Origin: Chlorokybus atmophyticus
Lineage: Eukaryota; Plantae; Mesostigma and Chlorokybus algae
DNA: 64,000 nucleotides
Direction of reading: 5' to 3'
Assembly: GCA_009103225.1 (NCBI GenBank)
Contig: RHPI01002112.1
Location: forward strand, 10,449-74,448
The notes below the pieces were generated by a model. The model saw only the letters and a program-made list of their open reading frames with translations. It did no database searches and had not been told where the DNA came from. The position numbers and the translations under genes were made by a program. Below are positions 22,566-36,344 of the stretch, in pieces; the first letter of the stretch is position 1, and every line of letters starts with the position of its first letter.

Positions 22566-23213
22566 CTTGATTGCGAGTCCCACCGCGACTGCTGTAGGTG
22601 TATTGTTGTACTATCAGTGGCTGGCAGGATGGAAAGCCGTCATGCTGGTTGTACATTGGTGGTGTTTTCATTTGGCTGCTTGAGTGGGAGCTTTGGTGGA
22701 CGCCAAATGTGATATCTGCCTGCAGACTTGCCCAAGGGTTTCATTGGCCTGCCAGGCGTATCAGTACATATTTGTACACACAGGAAGCCCAATAACTAGG
22801 CTTAGCTCTGTTGGTAGTGTAGCAGCGTAGTGTGTTGCTGTTCCCGTGCGCGATTCCCTGTCATGATCAATATTAGCTGGAGCTGCCTGTGCACTTGTGC
22901 AGCCTTGGCTTTGCATGAATCCTTGCGGGGCGCTTGTACGATCATTTGCTGACGCCTCAAAGCGTTTGTATTTCCCCTGTCATTGTGCGACTCTTCTTAT
23001 ATAAGGCCGGAAGCAAGTTGTTTGACATTGTGATTACAGTGGTGCTGTTGACTACCAACATGAAGGACAGGCCTATTGCTTGCTCACGCCAAAAGGGTAC
23101 TGCTAGGTGAATCGCTGTGAAGTTGCTCAAGGTCCCAGCTGTTGATGTAACTTACCTTGATGTGCATGTGGTATCCATGTCAAATATGTCAATGTGGTGA
23201 GGAGAAGGACATG

Positions 23214-23493
23214 GATGATGGCGTGAGACTACAAAAACAAGTATACCGTGCATGTTCCACAGTAGTGTACACGAGTTGCAAGAGCGAATGTGTCCCCACG
23301 TAGACTGTGACGTGAGCACAGCAGTATATATCAGTGTGGTGATGATGGCGTGGGGCCGCAAAAACAAGAACACCGTGCATGTCCCACACCGGTGTACGAG
23401 TTGCAAGAGCGAACGTATCCCCACGTAGACTGTGATGTGAGCACAGCAAGAGCGAATGTGTCCCCACTTAGACTGTGATGTGAGCACAGCAAG
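23214..23493. repeat. Nested tandem repeat: two copies of about 127 bp that include a 43-bp unit present three times
   Basis: agagcgaatgtgtccccacgtagactgtgacgtgagcacagca at 23281, 23406 and 23449. Confidence 0.85.
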
Positions 23494-23623
23494 ATAGACA
23501 GAACCGCACATGCAGGGCCATATTAGCAGCGCAGCGGGCAGGCTGCATTAACGAACTGAATGCCCAGAGCTTATTGGTTGACAGCTGCAAGGCATGAGTG
23601 TCAAGGCACGCTGCAGGGCGCTG

Positions 23624-26600
23624 CTATTCCATGCTATGGGTGCGACTCAGCGGTTCAGTTGCTCGCATCAACCATTCCTTGGCTGCACCATCAAGTCTTT
23701 CTGCGAGTTTTTCCCGACACTCGGTGTGATAGTGATCAACCCAGTCCATCTCTTTGGCAGACATCAGGGTTAGGTCCATGAGTTTGCTTTGCAATGGCAC
23801 CTGCAGAAGCCAGTTGCCAGTCACGCACACATGTGACTGCAAAAAGATCGCCCGCATCAACATGTAAATTGTCACAGCAGCCATACAATGCCCATCTCGA
23901 GGAACGCTTACATAAGTAATATGCTCGAAGCCAAGGAACCCCTTGTTGTCAAAATTGTGCTTCAGCGTGACCTCCCTCACAACCATGACGTTCTCAATGC
24001 GCAGGCCAAAGTTGCCATCTTCGTAGTAGCCAGGCTCTGCATACATATCACATATTAGTACAACTCCCTATCAACACAACACGATTAGCATCAATTGACT
24101 AGAGTAAGTGAAGTTACAGTCTTGCACACCAGAATGGCAAGGTGCTAGAACCCATATGTGACTGTCTACACTGGCATGCAAGCGGTGCGGTACATGCCAT
24201 CTCATGATATCGTTCATGGCAGTCACTAACAATAATCACAATGTCCTCACTGACCATTGGTAATGGTCATATTGGCCTTCATTGGTACACTGACGGCTGG
24301 GAGGCGAAAACTGATGAGCTGAGGGCCTGCAACAGGCAGTGTTTCATGGACATGACATACGCATACATAGCAACGACCCGTTCGATTTGACATGTCGTCA
24401 CACATTGCAAGTACACTACGTGACTGGTGATAAAGTTGCAGTGGCAAAACATATTTGGAAGCATTCGCAAATACCTTCGTGCACATTAAGGAACGACCCA
24501 ACACCATGTCCAGTGCCATGTCTGTAGTCCAAACCTGCGTCCCAGAGCGCTCGTCGCGCCAACACATCCAGCACATGCCCTGCAAACATCACCGTCAACA
24601 GCTGGCAATGGCCTGCTGAAACATTTACAACAGAGGCTAGTTTGTTGCTTTACAGTCTTGAAGTGAGTCTTTAACATGCAGAGTGCAATCACCGGACATG
24701 TTGAGCATGCTCAGTTGATGCAAACTGACCATTTGTTCCATTAGGAAAAACAACGGTGTCCAGCGCAATGTGCCCTTGCAGTACCTGCCACAACACAACA
24801 AGCGTATAATAATGTATGACAGTCACAAACCATCTTGCACTCTAAGTAAGTAGGTCAGAGCAGGTACCTTTGTGAAGCATGCTCGTTCATGTGCGGACGG
24901 CTCACCAAAGTGGACCGTTCTTGTTACGTCGGTTGTGCCATCCCGATACTGTTCACAGAGTATACAGCAAACAATATGATGATACTCACGGTGAAGGCAT
25001 GACAGCAGTCAGTCAGTTGCTTGCGCTTCAAGCTGCACAGCAACTGGACAACTGCAGAGAAGACTGCCAAACAGCCTACCTGTGCACCAGAGTCGCAAAG
25101 GTACATCTTATCTGGATCAAACTCTGCGCACTTGTCTTGTTGCGGGCGGTAATGAATGATTGCAGCATTCGCACCAACTGAAGATATGGTTGGAAAACTA
25201 AGACCTACAAAATGCTGCAGACAATGTTTTAGCGCATCCTGTGGTAGCGCAAATGTGCAAGGCGACTGTCGCAAGTCCACAACAACACATGCTGACAGTA
25301 ATGCATCTGCATCTGCATGCTGCAATGCACCTCTTGCTGCTGCCTGAATGACTCCAGCTTGTCAGCCATGGTGATTTCTGTAAGCTTTACATCTTCCTGT
25401 GGCCTGAAGCAGATGCAGCATAGTCAGCTGCTTACAGCAAAGGGTATGATACAGTCTGCAGCCCTCAAAGCCACTCATAGCAATAGCTGAGAGAGCAGCG
25501 ATTGCAATGCTTACCTTGCTTTTCGCTTGCGTGTCTGACGGCCATTGTGCTCTGATGCAAAGTACCCATGACTGGAACCGTAAGCCTGTGCCTGCATCAC
25601 AGGCGGACGCGCATGAAAAATCTTCAAGAACATGATGATGATGGGCAACCTGTGTGCTGTTAGATTGCGTGGCTGCAAATGGCGTGCAACCACGCAATCT
25701 AACGTCTGGGTGCAACATCGAGGTGTCTCATGCATGCATACTCTCTCGATAGGGTAGCTGCAAAGAGTACTTTGGATATATACCTGCTCGTCTAGCCACG
25801 CCAGGAACTGGACCATGGCCGCCCCGTCCCGCACATGCGCGTTTCTCATGCCTTGTAGCTCAACTGGATGCTGTTTGCATAAAACGATAGCAACATGTCT
25901 GTTCAGGAGCCGGATGCAGGGCCATTGCCAAGGCACTGAGGGAGGTCAACGAACTGCATAGCAACTTGCAGGGGCACTTGTGTAGAGACTCTTAACACCC
26001 ATGAGGGTGCACTACAAGCTCAAATTCAGGTACCTTCAATGCCTTTGCAAGGGCAACAGGTGACGGCTGCTTCTGCACCAAATTTCCGGAAGGTATACAA
26101 GAGTAAATAGCCCAGCTGCACAGAGCGGGGTTGACCCAGACTTTGTGCAAGCTTGCATTTTCAACTTGAGCTGCACTGTCGGTCATGTCCTTGCTTGCAC
26201 CATCCTTTGTTGCACCATTGGCCTTGCTGCTTTCGCTTGGAGCTGCAAAGGACTTGAGATCTTCTGCTATTGCAGTATAGGGGCGCACTTGTACACCGCT
26301 ACATGAGAAATGCTCAGTAACCTGCATTCGACACCAGCAATCAAAAAGGTTACATCGGTTGTGGTCGATAAGACACGTTCCAATTATTATCTGGTCAGGC
26401 TCATCAACAGGCTGGAGTCCAAACCTGTTCATCTAACTTGTCCTCATCCATGTACAGCACTGCTTCGCTGTGTGAAACCAGACCATAGCCATATGCAACG
26501 GGGTTGTAGTCCACGTCCGCACCTCGAATGTTGTACAACCAAGCCACCTGCAGGCAGAGGGGCACAAAACTTAGCATAACGCATCAATTACAACATGATC

Positions 26601-27773
26601 ATGACATCAGGTGACAACAAGCCTTCAGCTAGTCAATCACCCAAACAGTGCAGGCGAGCTCGCACCTCATCCAAGGCTGTCAGGACAATCGCGTCTGCCT
26701 TAGCCTCCATCAGCTTTTCGCGAAGCTCTGCAAGCTTCTTCTCGACGCTTTTGCCAGCAAACTCAGTAGGTTGCACAAACGCTTTGGACTTAGGTGCGGG
26801 TGGACGGTCCGACCAGATCATATCAACAAGGTTGACGGCAACTGGCACAAACTGTAGTTTCTTCGCCTCCCAAGCTGCCTATGCCATGATGATAGTCATA
26901 TCATGCAAGAGACTCAGTCAAGCACCATGTTGGCATGCGCGTATGATGCAATACCTCAGCGGATAGCTCACCTTCCATCGACGCACACAGTCGACGGACA
27001 CACACTCTGGGTCTGCACCAACTCGCGCACTCTCCGGCAAGTTCTATGAACCAAGGAGGTTGTGTCTATTACTTTGATAAGAATGATGGCTGAAGATAGG
27101 ACACAACGGCACGCGCAGCCATTGTATATGTACCTCAGCTAGCCAGGCCTCAAGTGTCGGATCCTCACCCGACTTCATGAGCTTCCATTGCCCCTTCAGC
27201 TGCTGTTTCCCCTGTTGTGCACAACGACTAGGCTCAGTGTGCACCATGGTTACCTCACTCCAGAGCTGACAATGCATAACCCGACAAACCTGTAAAAAAT
27301 ACCGTCCATCTGTCCACAGCAGTGCATGCGATTGAGTGACCAATACCACACCTGAATGAAGCACGGATAAGCCACCAACAAGTGGCTGAGCTGTGATCTC
27401 GCCAACAATAGTAAAGCCAATGCCTGGTGCTGAAGCGCCACAATAGAACTGCAAAGCGCAACAATACCTGCAGAGCCAGTGAAGCCCGAGACGTATTCTC
27501 TCCGCTTGTCTCTGTCCGCAGTATACTCGCTCTGTTGTAACATCACAACTAAGCAGTTGGTAAGTCAAGACTAGACAATATCAGTCATGAACAAGTGCTG
27601 CTTCAGCAAAAGCACAGAACATTGCTGAATGGTGTTAGCTGCTCAAGAGCTGACGAGTGTTCGTAAACCTGGTGAGCATCCTCAGATGGGATGACATACG
27701 CGTCCAGCGGCGGGTCTTGAGCAGCCATCTGCTCCCTGAGCGCTGCAATCTTTCCGTCCGCTGCCTTTGCCAT
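23624..27773 (-). CDS. Xaa-Pro aminopeptidase P (M24B, APP1/XPNPEP1-like), about 18-19 exons; may have an upstream exon near 28297
   Basis: [86 protein letters not shown] and [16 protein letters not shown]. Confidence 0.93.
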
Positions 27774-28574
27774 CCTGACTGCGCACTTGACTGGCTACTA
27801 CTTGTAAAATGCTGCAATTAGCAGATTACACCATGAGATAAGCACAATCTCACATGCGGATTAGGTCAATGGCTACTTCGTGTTGCTTGCAATCCCAGAA
27901 TGCCATATGGCAGCTGTTCACAAACCCACAGCACGCTGATTGGCCGTAAGCTGTACTCAACTTGCTTACGACTGGAGACAGTTGCAAACTGTCTCCAGCT
28001 TGCGGTACTACCCTAAAGCTTTGTTACAACAGCTTAATACAGTAACGTGGAATATTCACAGCTCACTCATAGGCAGACGTCCCTTGCCGCCATCTGGTGC
28101 TATCCCTTACAAGCTGAATGACACAAGCTGGCAAGCTGCATGCTTGCATTATACAGCTGAAGACAGTTGCTTGCGTACATAGCTATTACCCTCAATGCGA
28201 GCATGCGACCACACAGTACCTCACCGCATGCACGCAGCCCAAAATTCACCCAGCTCTCATCAGGCCGAGCTCGAGTGCGCCGCACAGCTGCGCCCACAAA
28301 AAAAGCCGCCCCAAAACGGTAGCTTGGTCTGGAACTGCTGTTAGGCTGCGTGGTTAAGCAAATGGCACCCAGTTACAGCTTTGCGATGCCCGCCTTTGAT
28401 CCACCAGCTTGTGTCACAGTGCGCATTTCTGCTTCGAAGCCGCACAGGTTGACGTAAGATCAGTATGATTGACCTCTGTTTGGCGGCGGCTGCGGCGACG
28501 AATTGGCTGGAGGCGGAAGGGGAGAGGAAGGTGGAGGGGGAGGAGGTGGATACTTCAGCTCGGTGGTCTAGGCG

Positions 28575-31500
28575 ATGCCGAGGTTCAAGGGTGGCAAGGG
28601 AGGTGGAGGCGATGGCGCCTCCCCTGCCGCCAACAAGGGCAAGGGTAAGAAGCAGGGGCCGGGACCGGCCAGCAGCTCCGACGTGAGGCGGCGTGGTGCC
28701 GGCACTAAGGATGCCAAGGATGCGGGAGACAAGAATAAGCAGCTGCGCACAGCTGCCACGGTATGTTGTGCAGTTGATTGGCGGATGCCTGACCTGCTGC
28801 TCTTGCAAAGGCTGCATGCGCGGGTGTTTGTTTCAATGATCTTGGTTATACGGGGCTTGATAAGGTTGCCCAGAAACCTGATAGAGCGTGATGCCATAAT
28901 TACGGTGTATTCAAGTTTACAACCGTTTTGCAAGAGTCTGCGTGTGAGTGCACGTGCTCTACCAACTGGTTCTTCATTCACCATCATGTCATGCATGCGA
29001 GTTGGTTCAGTAATGTCGCTATTTCAGGCATGAAGTAAAGTGAAGAGAGAGTTTTGACTGCGCTGCATTATTATTGTGACCTTGCATTGGGTCACTGCAT
29101 GAACTTGTATTGTCACTTTTATTGTTAAGGTCTATTGCTTGTTGTGGCATGCGCGCGTGTACACATGAGTATGTCGCATGAGATGAGCCTGAGCGCCTAA
29201 ATGCTGTCTCAGGTGCGGCGGCTGGCCATGTACAGGTCCCGCCCGAAACGTGACAGCAAGGGCAAAGTGTTGAAGTGGGATCTCCAGTCGAGAGAGTTGC
29301 CTTCAACACGCATACAACCAGACCGACGGTGGTTTGGTATGTAGTTTCACCATCTTGCATGGTTGTGAGGCTTGAAAGCAGAAGAAAGGTGTTACGCATA
29401 GGCTTGGCAGGATGTTGATTGGTGTGCTGCAGGCAACACACGAGTGGTTGGGCAGCGTGAGCTTGAGCGCTTCCGCGAGGAAGTGGGAGCAAAGGCTGCA
29501 GACCCTTACACTGTCCTTGTTAAAGAGAAAAAGCTTCCTTTGTCCCTGCTTCAGGATCATGCGAAGGTTGCTTGCTATGCAGTTGCCTTCGCATTTGTTC
29601 ATTCACATTCATTGCCTTGTTACAGAATTTAAGGATGCTTTCGAGCTTGTCTCACTCGTTGCCTCATGCAGCAAAGCAGAGTGCATCTATTGGATACGGA
29701 GCCTTATGCACACGTGTTTGGAAAGAAGCAGCTGCGCAAGCGCCCGCGATTGTCAGCGGAGGGCTATGAAGAGCTAATTTCTCATGCTACAGCCAACTCA
29801 GGTGACATGCAGCTCATCGCTGGACATGGCATACTAAGTCACACTTCCATTGAGTTATGAAATAACTCTCTGGCGTTTTGATTGATGTCTTAACATGGTC
29901 TGGACATGCTGGTGCAGAGACGTATCAAACAAAGAAAGAGGCCCCAGCAGAGGCTGGTACCAAAACCATAGCAGATGATCAACCAGACGATGGCATGCGC
30001 TCTGAAGCTAGGGACACGTTGTTTAACAAAGGGCAGTCGAAACGTATCTGGGGCGAGTTGTACAAGGTCTTGGACTCTTCAGATGTTGTTATTCAGGTGA
30101 GACTTATATTGACTGTTATGGCATACATGTTGAAGCACCTAATCGGGATGACCAAGCGATTTGCCAGAGTTGTTTACAGATGCCAATGCTACACAGCGGC
30201 TGTTGAGCTGCTTGGAGCGCATAGCCAGTGGCAGAGCTTTGCAGCAACTCTTGTCATCAGCATGTGTGCTGCTATGGTGGATGTAACAGTTGTCAACAAC
30301 AGGTACTTGACGCTCGTGATCCAGAAGGCACAAGATGCAGGTATTTGGAAAAGCATCTTCGCAACAATGCTCGGCACAAGCATCTGATCCTACTTCTCAA
30401 CAAGGTGCTTGCACGCGGCAGTATGCACACGTCTCATGCAGCTGGGGTCACACCTGTTCTGGTAATGTCAGTATGAGTTGTCTTGGTGACATGTGGCATG
30501 TGCTGGTTAGGTGGATCTGGTACCTGCGTGGGTCACTCGAGGCTGGCTACAAGCTTTGTCCAAGGAGTATCCCACGCTGGCTTTCCATGCGTCTGTGACC
30601 AAGCCATTTGGGAAGGGAAGTCTGCTGTCCCTGCTGCGTCAGCTTGCTCGCATCAAAAGCAGTGGTGAGGGGCGACCAATCTCCGTTGGCTTTGTGGGCT
30701 ACCCCAATGTGGGCAAGTCTTCAGTAATCAACACGCTGCGAACCAAGGAGGTAGTGCTCTGTTTCCAGTCCAGTCCGTTTTACTTGACATGTATCACGAC
30801 ATGGCTGATGTGCACATTGTCAATATGTCAGGTGTGCAAGGTCGCACCTGTACCGGGTGAAACAAAGGTTTGGCAGTACATTACCCTCATGAAGCGCATC
30901 TTTTTGATTGACTGTCCGGGAGTGGTGTATCAGTCGCACGACACAGACACGGACATTGTCCTGAAGGGCGTGGTGCGTTACCTGAGTATGTCATGCACAT
31001 GAGAGGCATATACATGCGTAAGCTAATGCGCTACACGCACAATCTGCCAGGTGCGCATTGGAAACCTTGACGATGCCACCGAATATGTGAAGGGTGTGCT
31101 GGACCGGGTGAAGCGGGAGTACTTGACGCGTGCGTACAAGATTTCGCAATGGGAGACTACCGAAGAGTTCTTGTCGCAGCTTGCGCGCCAAGCTGGCAAG
31201 CTCATGAAGGTATGCCTCTAGACTCACCCTGTGCTCACACGGCTACTGCACACTCCTGCCAGATGTGGGGCTGTTCGCTTGCTCTGCATGGTTTTGTATA
31301 GCACGCCTACTTGTCATGGCATTGTGGGGTGGTCATACATGTATTAGGCATTACTTATCCAGGCATGGACCTTCCTTGAGACCTAGTACACGCCTCACAT
31401 GTGTACATGTATACAGGGTGGAGAGCCAGACCTCAACACTGCAGCAAAGATGATACTGTACGATTGGCAAAGGGGGCGAATTCCCTACTTTAAGGCCCCT

Positions 31501-32338
31501 CCGCGTGATGATGCAGAACCTGCGAGCCTTCCCTCGGAGGCACCAGCCAGTGTTGCAGAAGAGCCAACCAAGGCTCCAGAGGATGCAGCTGCCGACGCAG
31601 CTATTGCGAACCTAGCTACTGAGTTGGTCAAGAAGCAAAGCAAGAAGCAGATGCCAAAACTGAACGATTACTACGATGCGGATGACTTGAAAGCAAGTGC
31701 ATCTGGTGAGCAGTACTATCATCAAGCGTCACTGTGTGTACTGCTGCGTTATGTTGTGTGCTGGCAGTCACCTTTGGCTAACTGTCATCATGGGCAGATG
31801 CTGATGAAGAAGCTGAGGCTGCGCCTACCGATAGTGAAGCAGACGAAGGTGATGAAGGAGATGATTGCAGTGAGGATGCTGATGACAATGCTGACAGGCA
31901 AGCTGATGATGGTGCTGGTGAAGATGACGTTCCCGGCCCGAGCAACCGTGCTGGTGACAGTGAGGATGAGTTGACATGGGAGGAGGCTGTGCAAGGGGCG
32001 CAGGTAGGCATGGCAGGTGCCAGCCTACCGGCAGCGCCTGTCCCCGCGGTTTCAAGCAGAAAAGGTAAAGTTGTTGGCGAGGACACTTCAAAGCAGGGGG
32101 GAAGGAAACGGAAAATGACAGGTTCGTCGAGTGCTCACATGGCTAGCAAGGACACGCTACAGCAGGGGCCAAGGAAACGGAAATTGGCAGGTTCGTTTTG
32201 AGTGCTCACATGGTTGGCTGATGTCCACCTGTTGACGGATGTGCCTTTCTCTAATACTGCTGCCTTGCTGCAGAGGGCGTTGCCACCGGCAAGGGTGCGG
32301 GAAGGCAGAACAGGAAAAAGATATCAGCAAAGCAATAG
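28575..32338 (+). CDS. NOG2: Nucleolar circularly permuted GTPase NOG2/GNL2/NUG2, multi-exon
   Basis: [75 protein letters not shown] and [20 protein letters not shown]. Confidence 0.95.
32080..32213 (+). repeat. 69-bp tandem duplication spanning the last 5' splice donor of NOG2
   Basis: aggacac...gcagggg..aaggaaacggaaa.tg.cag|gttcgt..gagtgctcacatgg twice, with donors at 32122 and 32191. Confidence 0.85.
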
Positions 32339-32810
32339 GTACTAGGCTCAAGTAGATGTGTTGCTGCCTGGTTGAGGTTGCACTGGTTGTAAACAGTGGG
32401 TTGTGCCAGTTACTTTGCAAGGATCTGCCCTGGTATGGACGATGTTGATGCCCCTTAAATGCTTTCTAGCTCATGTGAAACTGTTCTGTTGATGCTCGGG
32501 TGTCTAACAAGTGCCTTAGTTTATCATCTACAGTCTACTCCATAAGTATTGTCTTTGCAAGTATACATGCCCCATAAACATACAATGGTAAGGAACCGAT
32601 GGTTTACCTAGCACCTATTGTTGGTTGTAAGTAATGCTTACATACAAATTAGCATAAATTGTGTTCACAAATAGTTCACAAGTTTAGTAGAGAGGGTACT
32701 TACAAGGAGGGGTCATGTCTCGCAGCAGCGTCACAAAGTTACTGTGTTACGCAAAAGTGCAATGCTGTGTGGCATCATGCTACTGTGATGCATTTCACTG
32801 CAAGTATACT

Positions 32811-33988
32811 AAATTACCGCACCTTTACATGACGATGAAAATGCACAAGGGTCCACCAAAGCCCCGCTTCATAGAGGCTGCACATGTTAACAGAAGTTTC
32901 GGTTTGGTTGGGGAGAGCATGTAAAGTCATGATGCCCATGATACGTGGAAAGCACTGTTACGGAGTGCAGGCATCAATGATGATAACGCACAGTCGTGGG
33001 TGTTGGATAATTCGTTGAGCTTTTTGCGTTTAGTGAATTATCAGAACACACAATTTTACGACACTGTACAAAGATATCACATGCAGAACAAAAAGGCACG
33101 TGTAGCAAGTTTTTGTCACTATGGTATTTACGCACAAGCAGCATGTGAGACTGTTGGTTGACTATGCCAATGGCGAACTGACTCACAAGTGGTTACGCAC
33201 AAGGCCACAGTCAGTCTCCACACACTACATATGCATTCACAGTGCAATCGCTCACTGAACAACTCAACTACGTCATTGACAACTTGTATGTGGTGGGTGC
33301 AAAGGATGCTTTGTATAAGCAACTAGTCGGTATTCCTATGGGCAATAATGCCGGAGTATTTCCGGCTAACATCTTCCTTTTCACATACAAGTTTGAGTTC
33401 ATGCAGCGTCTCATACATGCAGCACCCGCATTGGTACCAAAATGTGCATACAACGTGTTGCGTTTTGTGGATAATCTGTTGTGTATGATCTGCCCGGGTT
33501 TGAGCAAGTCATGTATCAAGCGGAGCATGCACTGGGTGGGGGCATGTATTTTAAGTTAAATGTTACAGCTCTTTCAATCAGCATGCGGTGTGACAGTGCC
33601 ATTCTTTGATCTTAAAGTGTTTCAGTTACCAGAGGTGGGCTTGTGCACTGCCATGTACAGCAAGAAGAAGGAACCCATGTTTCAAGCGTTACCCATCAGA
33701 CGAGCACCACATCCGCACTCAGATTTACATTCACAGTGTAAGTACAATGTGGTTATCAGCCCGTTTGTCCATTTCATGCGACTTTGCACTTATAAGACGG
33801 ACTTCAAGCATGCAGTGGTTGAGTTGTTGGTCGACATGCAGCGTGAAGGGTATAGCCAGCGATGTTTGTGCATGAAGTTGAGATCCAAGATGTTTGGAAT
33901 GAAGGTGGTGTCATCTATGGTGTTACCCCAAGACGTATGTATCATGTCATTGTATGGCAGATGCAACATGTTACGGAAAGCACGATAA
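32811..33988 (+). pseudogene. Degenerate Penelope-like element reverse transcriptase (probably Naiad/Chlamys-type)
   Basis: LPHLYMTMKMHKGPPKPRFI, NFTTLY/KISH, YKQLVGIPMGNNAGVFPANIFLFTY, RFVDN (decayed YIDD), then a thumb region FFDLKV..AMYSKK..PHPHS..KYNVVIS..RLCTYKTDF..L..EGY. Contains stops and frameshifts. Confidence 0.8.
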
Positions 33989-34911
33989 CGGTGCCCGTTC
34001 TATTGGTGTTTGGTTAAACACCACCTATTGTAATGGCTTGTCCACTCTCTCATTTAACTGTGGGTTTGCCTGCATGTGACCACCTGTTTACTGACTGCCT
34101 ATGCACTCACTGCCACTAATCTCAAACTGAATGACCGTTAGCAGCCATTGCAGAGTTTGCAGGCGACTGGCTCACTCTCGCCTTTGCGTGATCAGGTGGG
34201 GGACCTGACTGTGGCGTGGGACTGCAAGTCAACCGCTGCGATGGTAGCCATTACCGTGTACAGGATAAGCGCGCCGATGTGTTCATGCATGTCAGGCTTG
34301 GGCCAGCCTTTGTTGACTACTGCCAGTGCTTGCTTGTGACACTGGTTGTGACATTTTGAGCACTTGTAATGTACAGAACATGCATGCGATGTATATACAA
34401 CACACATTTGTGAGGTTATACCTATGCTTACAAATCAAAATGCGGTATAATATGCACTTGCTGTGCTGGAAAGTATATTGTATACCAATATACGTAGACA
34501 TAGGTACACTTATATGTAGGTAAACCTATCTGTCCTACAACTAAATGTCTAAGGACGAAGTGTCTACTTATAACGAGAGTAGACTGCAGTGGGTGTGTTC
34601 GTTGGTCGTGCAGCTTGTGCCATACAGATGATCCGCGCCAGCTGTCCGCGGTGCTAAGCTTTGCTGCAGGTGCACACGTGCGTACAGCACAGGACAGGAG
34701 CAAGAAATCTGATGCACAACTGCACTTCATGCGTACCAATGTTGGCCGCACAGCCCTGTTCTGTAGACATCTTCTATTGAGACCATACTAAGTCCAAAAC
34801 CCCTTTTCAGCAGTGCCAACATACAGCACTTCCGGCTCACAAACCAACAAGCACAAAGGGAATATGTGCAACATTGCTATGTTATTATTTACTATACCAT
34901 CAATGGAAAAA

Positions 34912-36163
34912 CTACAGCCTTTTGGGTGGTGAGGAGGCTGCCGCTTCATCAGGTGTCTTCGTTGTAAGAGAGTCCACTGCATGCACCGTGTTCTGCAATT
35001 CCTCCCAGATGACCTGATACACCATCCGCTGCCGTGCAACTCTTGTCTTGCCCTCAAACAACGGCGACACCACGTCAATGCTGCAACCAAATACAACAAG
35101 AAACATCACTTGCAGCAGGAAGGCTGGGACATGCATTGGGAATGCGCGCTACTGGTTTGGCTGCAGCCAACAATGCTTATTATCCCACCAAGGCAAGTAC
35201 CTCACATGCCGCTGATCACCATAAGCATCCTGCACAGACACATGTGTAGCCTCCAACTCGCTTGAGATCTATTTGTAAACATTAGCGTCAGCCAGAAAGT
35301 GCAAGCCTCTCATAATAAACCGCTGCCAGGCATAGGCTGAAAAGCATGACCCACGCAGCAACGCCGCTTGCAACAGAGTTCACTGAAACAAATCTAGCAG
35401 CTAAGACTGACTCCTCTACAACTAAACTAACTCCTTGCCCGAAAAGTCGTGTTTTGGTCAATTGCGTTGCAATGCAAGCAATACCGCGGGGCGCTATAGC
35501 CTACAGCAGCCAGTATGCTATAGAAAGACATGCACTACATGAGATGGCACATAGTGACGATCACGTACTATAACACAGATGCCGGTGCAACTCAACCGTA
35601 ACTTCTACCCGTGGTCCCTGCTGCTGTCAGCAGCATCAAATCTGTTTGCTTGTCGTGCATCTGTGCGGAATTAAAAACAAAGCAACCATTGTGCCAAAAC
35701 GCATCAACTCAGTTGGGTGCCTAAACACAGACAGCATGCATTCAAGGCCATGCACATGCACATGCACAGACACAGACTGGGGAATGAGTATGGCTTGCTT
35801 GAACACAAGGCAGTGATGTGGCATTGGTGCTCACAACTTTATCCACACCTTTTCCCGCATGTTAGCGATGGTGGGAGAATCCAGCGGCGCGGAAGCATCT
35901 CCTCCAGCTTCAGCCCTTGTAACAAGGCTTCTTCTGCTCCGCTGCTGCTGTGACGGCGTTGCAGCGGAAATACCGCTGCGGTGACGCAAGCCCACAAACC
36001 CTAATTGCGAGCCAGCAGCAGCGGCGGAGGTGGACGGACCTGTGCCGGCATTAGTAGCAGCGCTCACTGCAGACGCAACCGGCCTGGACAACACTCTCCT
36101 CGCACCCCCCAACACCCTCAACCCCGCCGACACCGACATCGCCGCCGCAGCCACCGTCGCCAT
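34912..36163 (-). CDS. BOLA4: BolA-like protein (plant BolA4 type) with an organellar transit peptide, 3 exons
   Basis: ANMREK|[23 protein letters not shown]|[36 protein letters not shown]. Confidence 0.88.
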
Positions 36164-36258
36164 TGTAGCAGTGTTTCCCTTATGTGTTTTCTGATCATTT
36201 GATCCTTTACTGCCTTAACACAATCAACCTGGGTGATCGCATACAGACGGACGGTGCA

Positions 36259-36267
36259 AAACCCTAA
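36259..36267 (+). promoter_or_regulatory. Telo-box (AAACCCTAA) in the BolA4/MAK16 bidirectional promoter
   Basis: Exact motif 78 bp upstream of the MAK16 ATG. Telo-boxes are known from plant ribosome-biogenesis genes. Confidence 0.45.
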
Positions 36268-36344
36268 TTCTGAGCGGGTGAGCGCATAGTGCAGCGCCCT
36301 GCCGCGGCGGCGGTGGCGGCGGCGGCGGCGTGGGTGTGGGCGAC

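Noticed and set aside
23214-23493. CRISPR-like array (43-bp repeat three times)
   Set aside because: Spacers are 82 and 0 bp and are themselves duplicated, there are no cas genes, and the context is eukaryotic.
33990-34300. Hammerhead ribozyme expected next to the Penelope-like fragment
   Set aside because: I could not find a CUGANGA...GAAA core with supporting stems on either strand.
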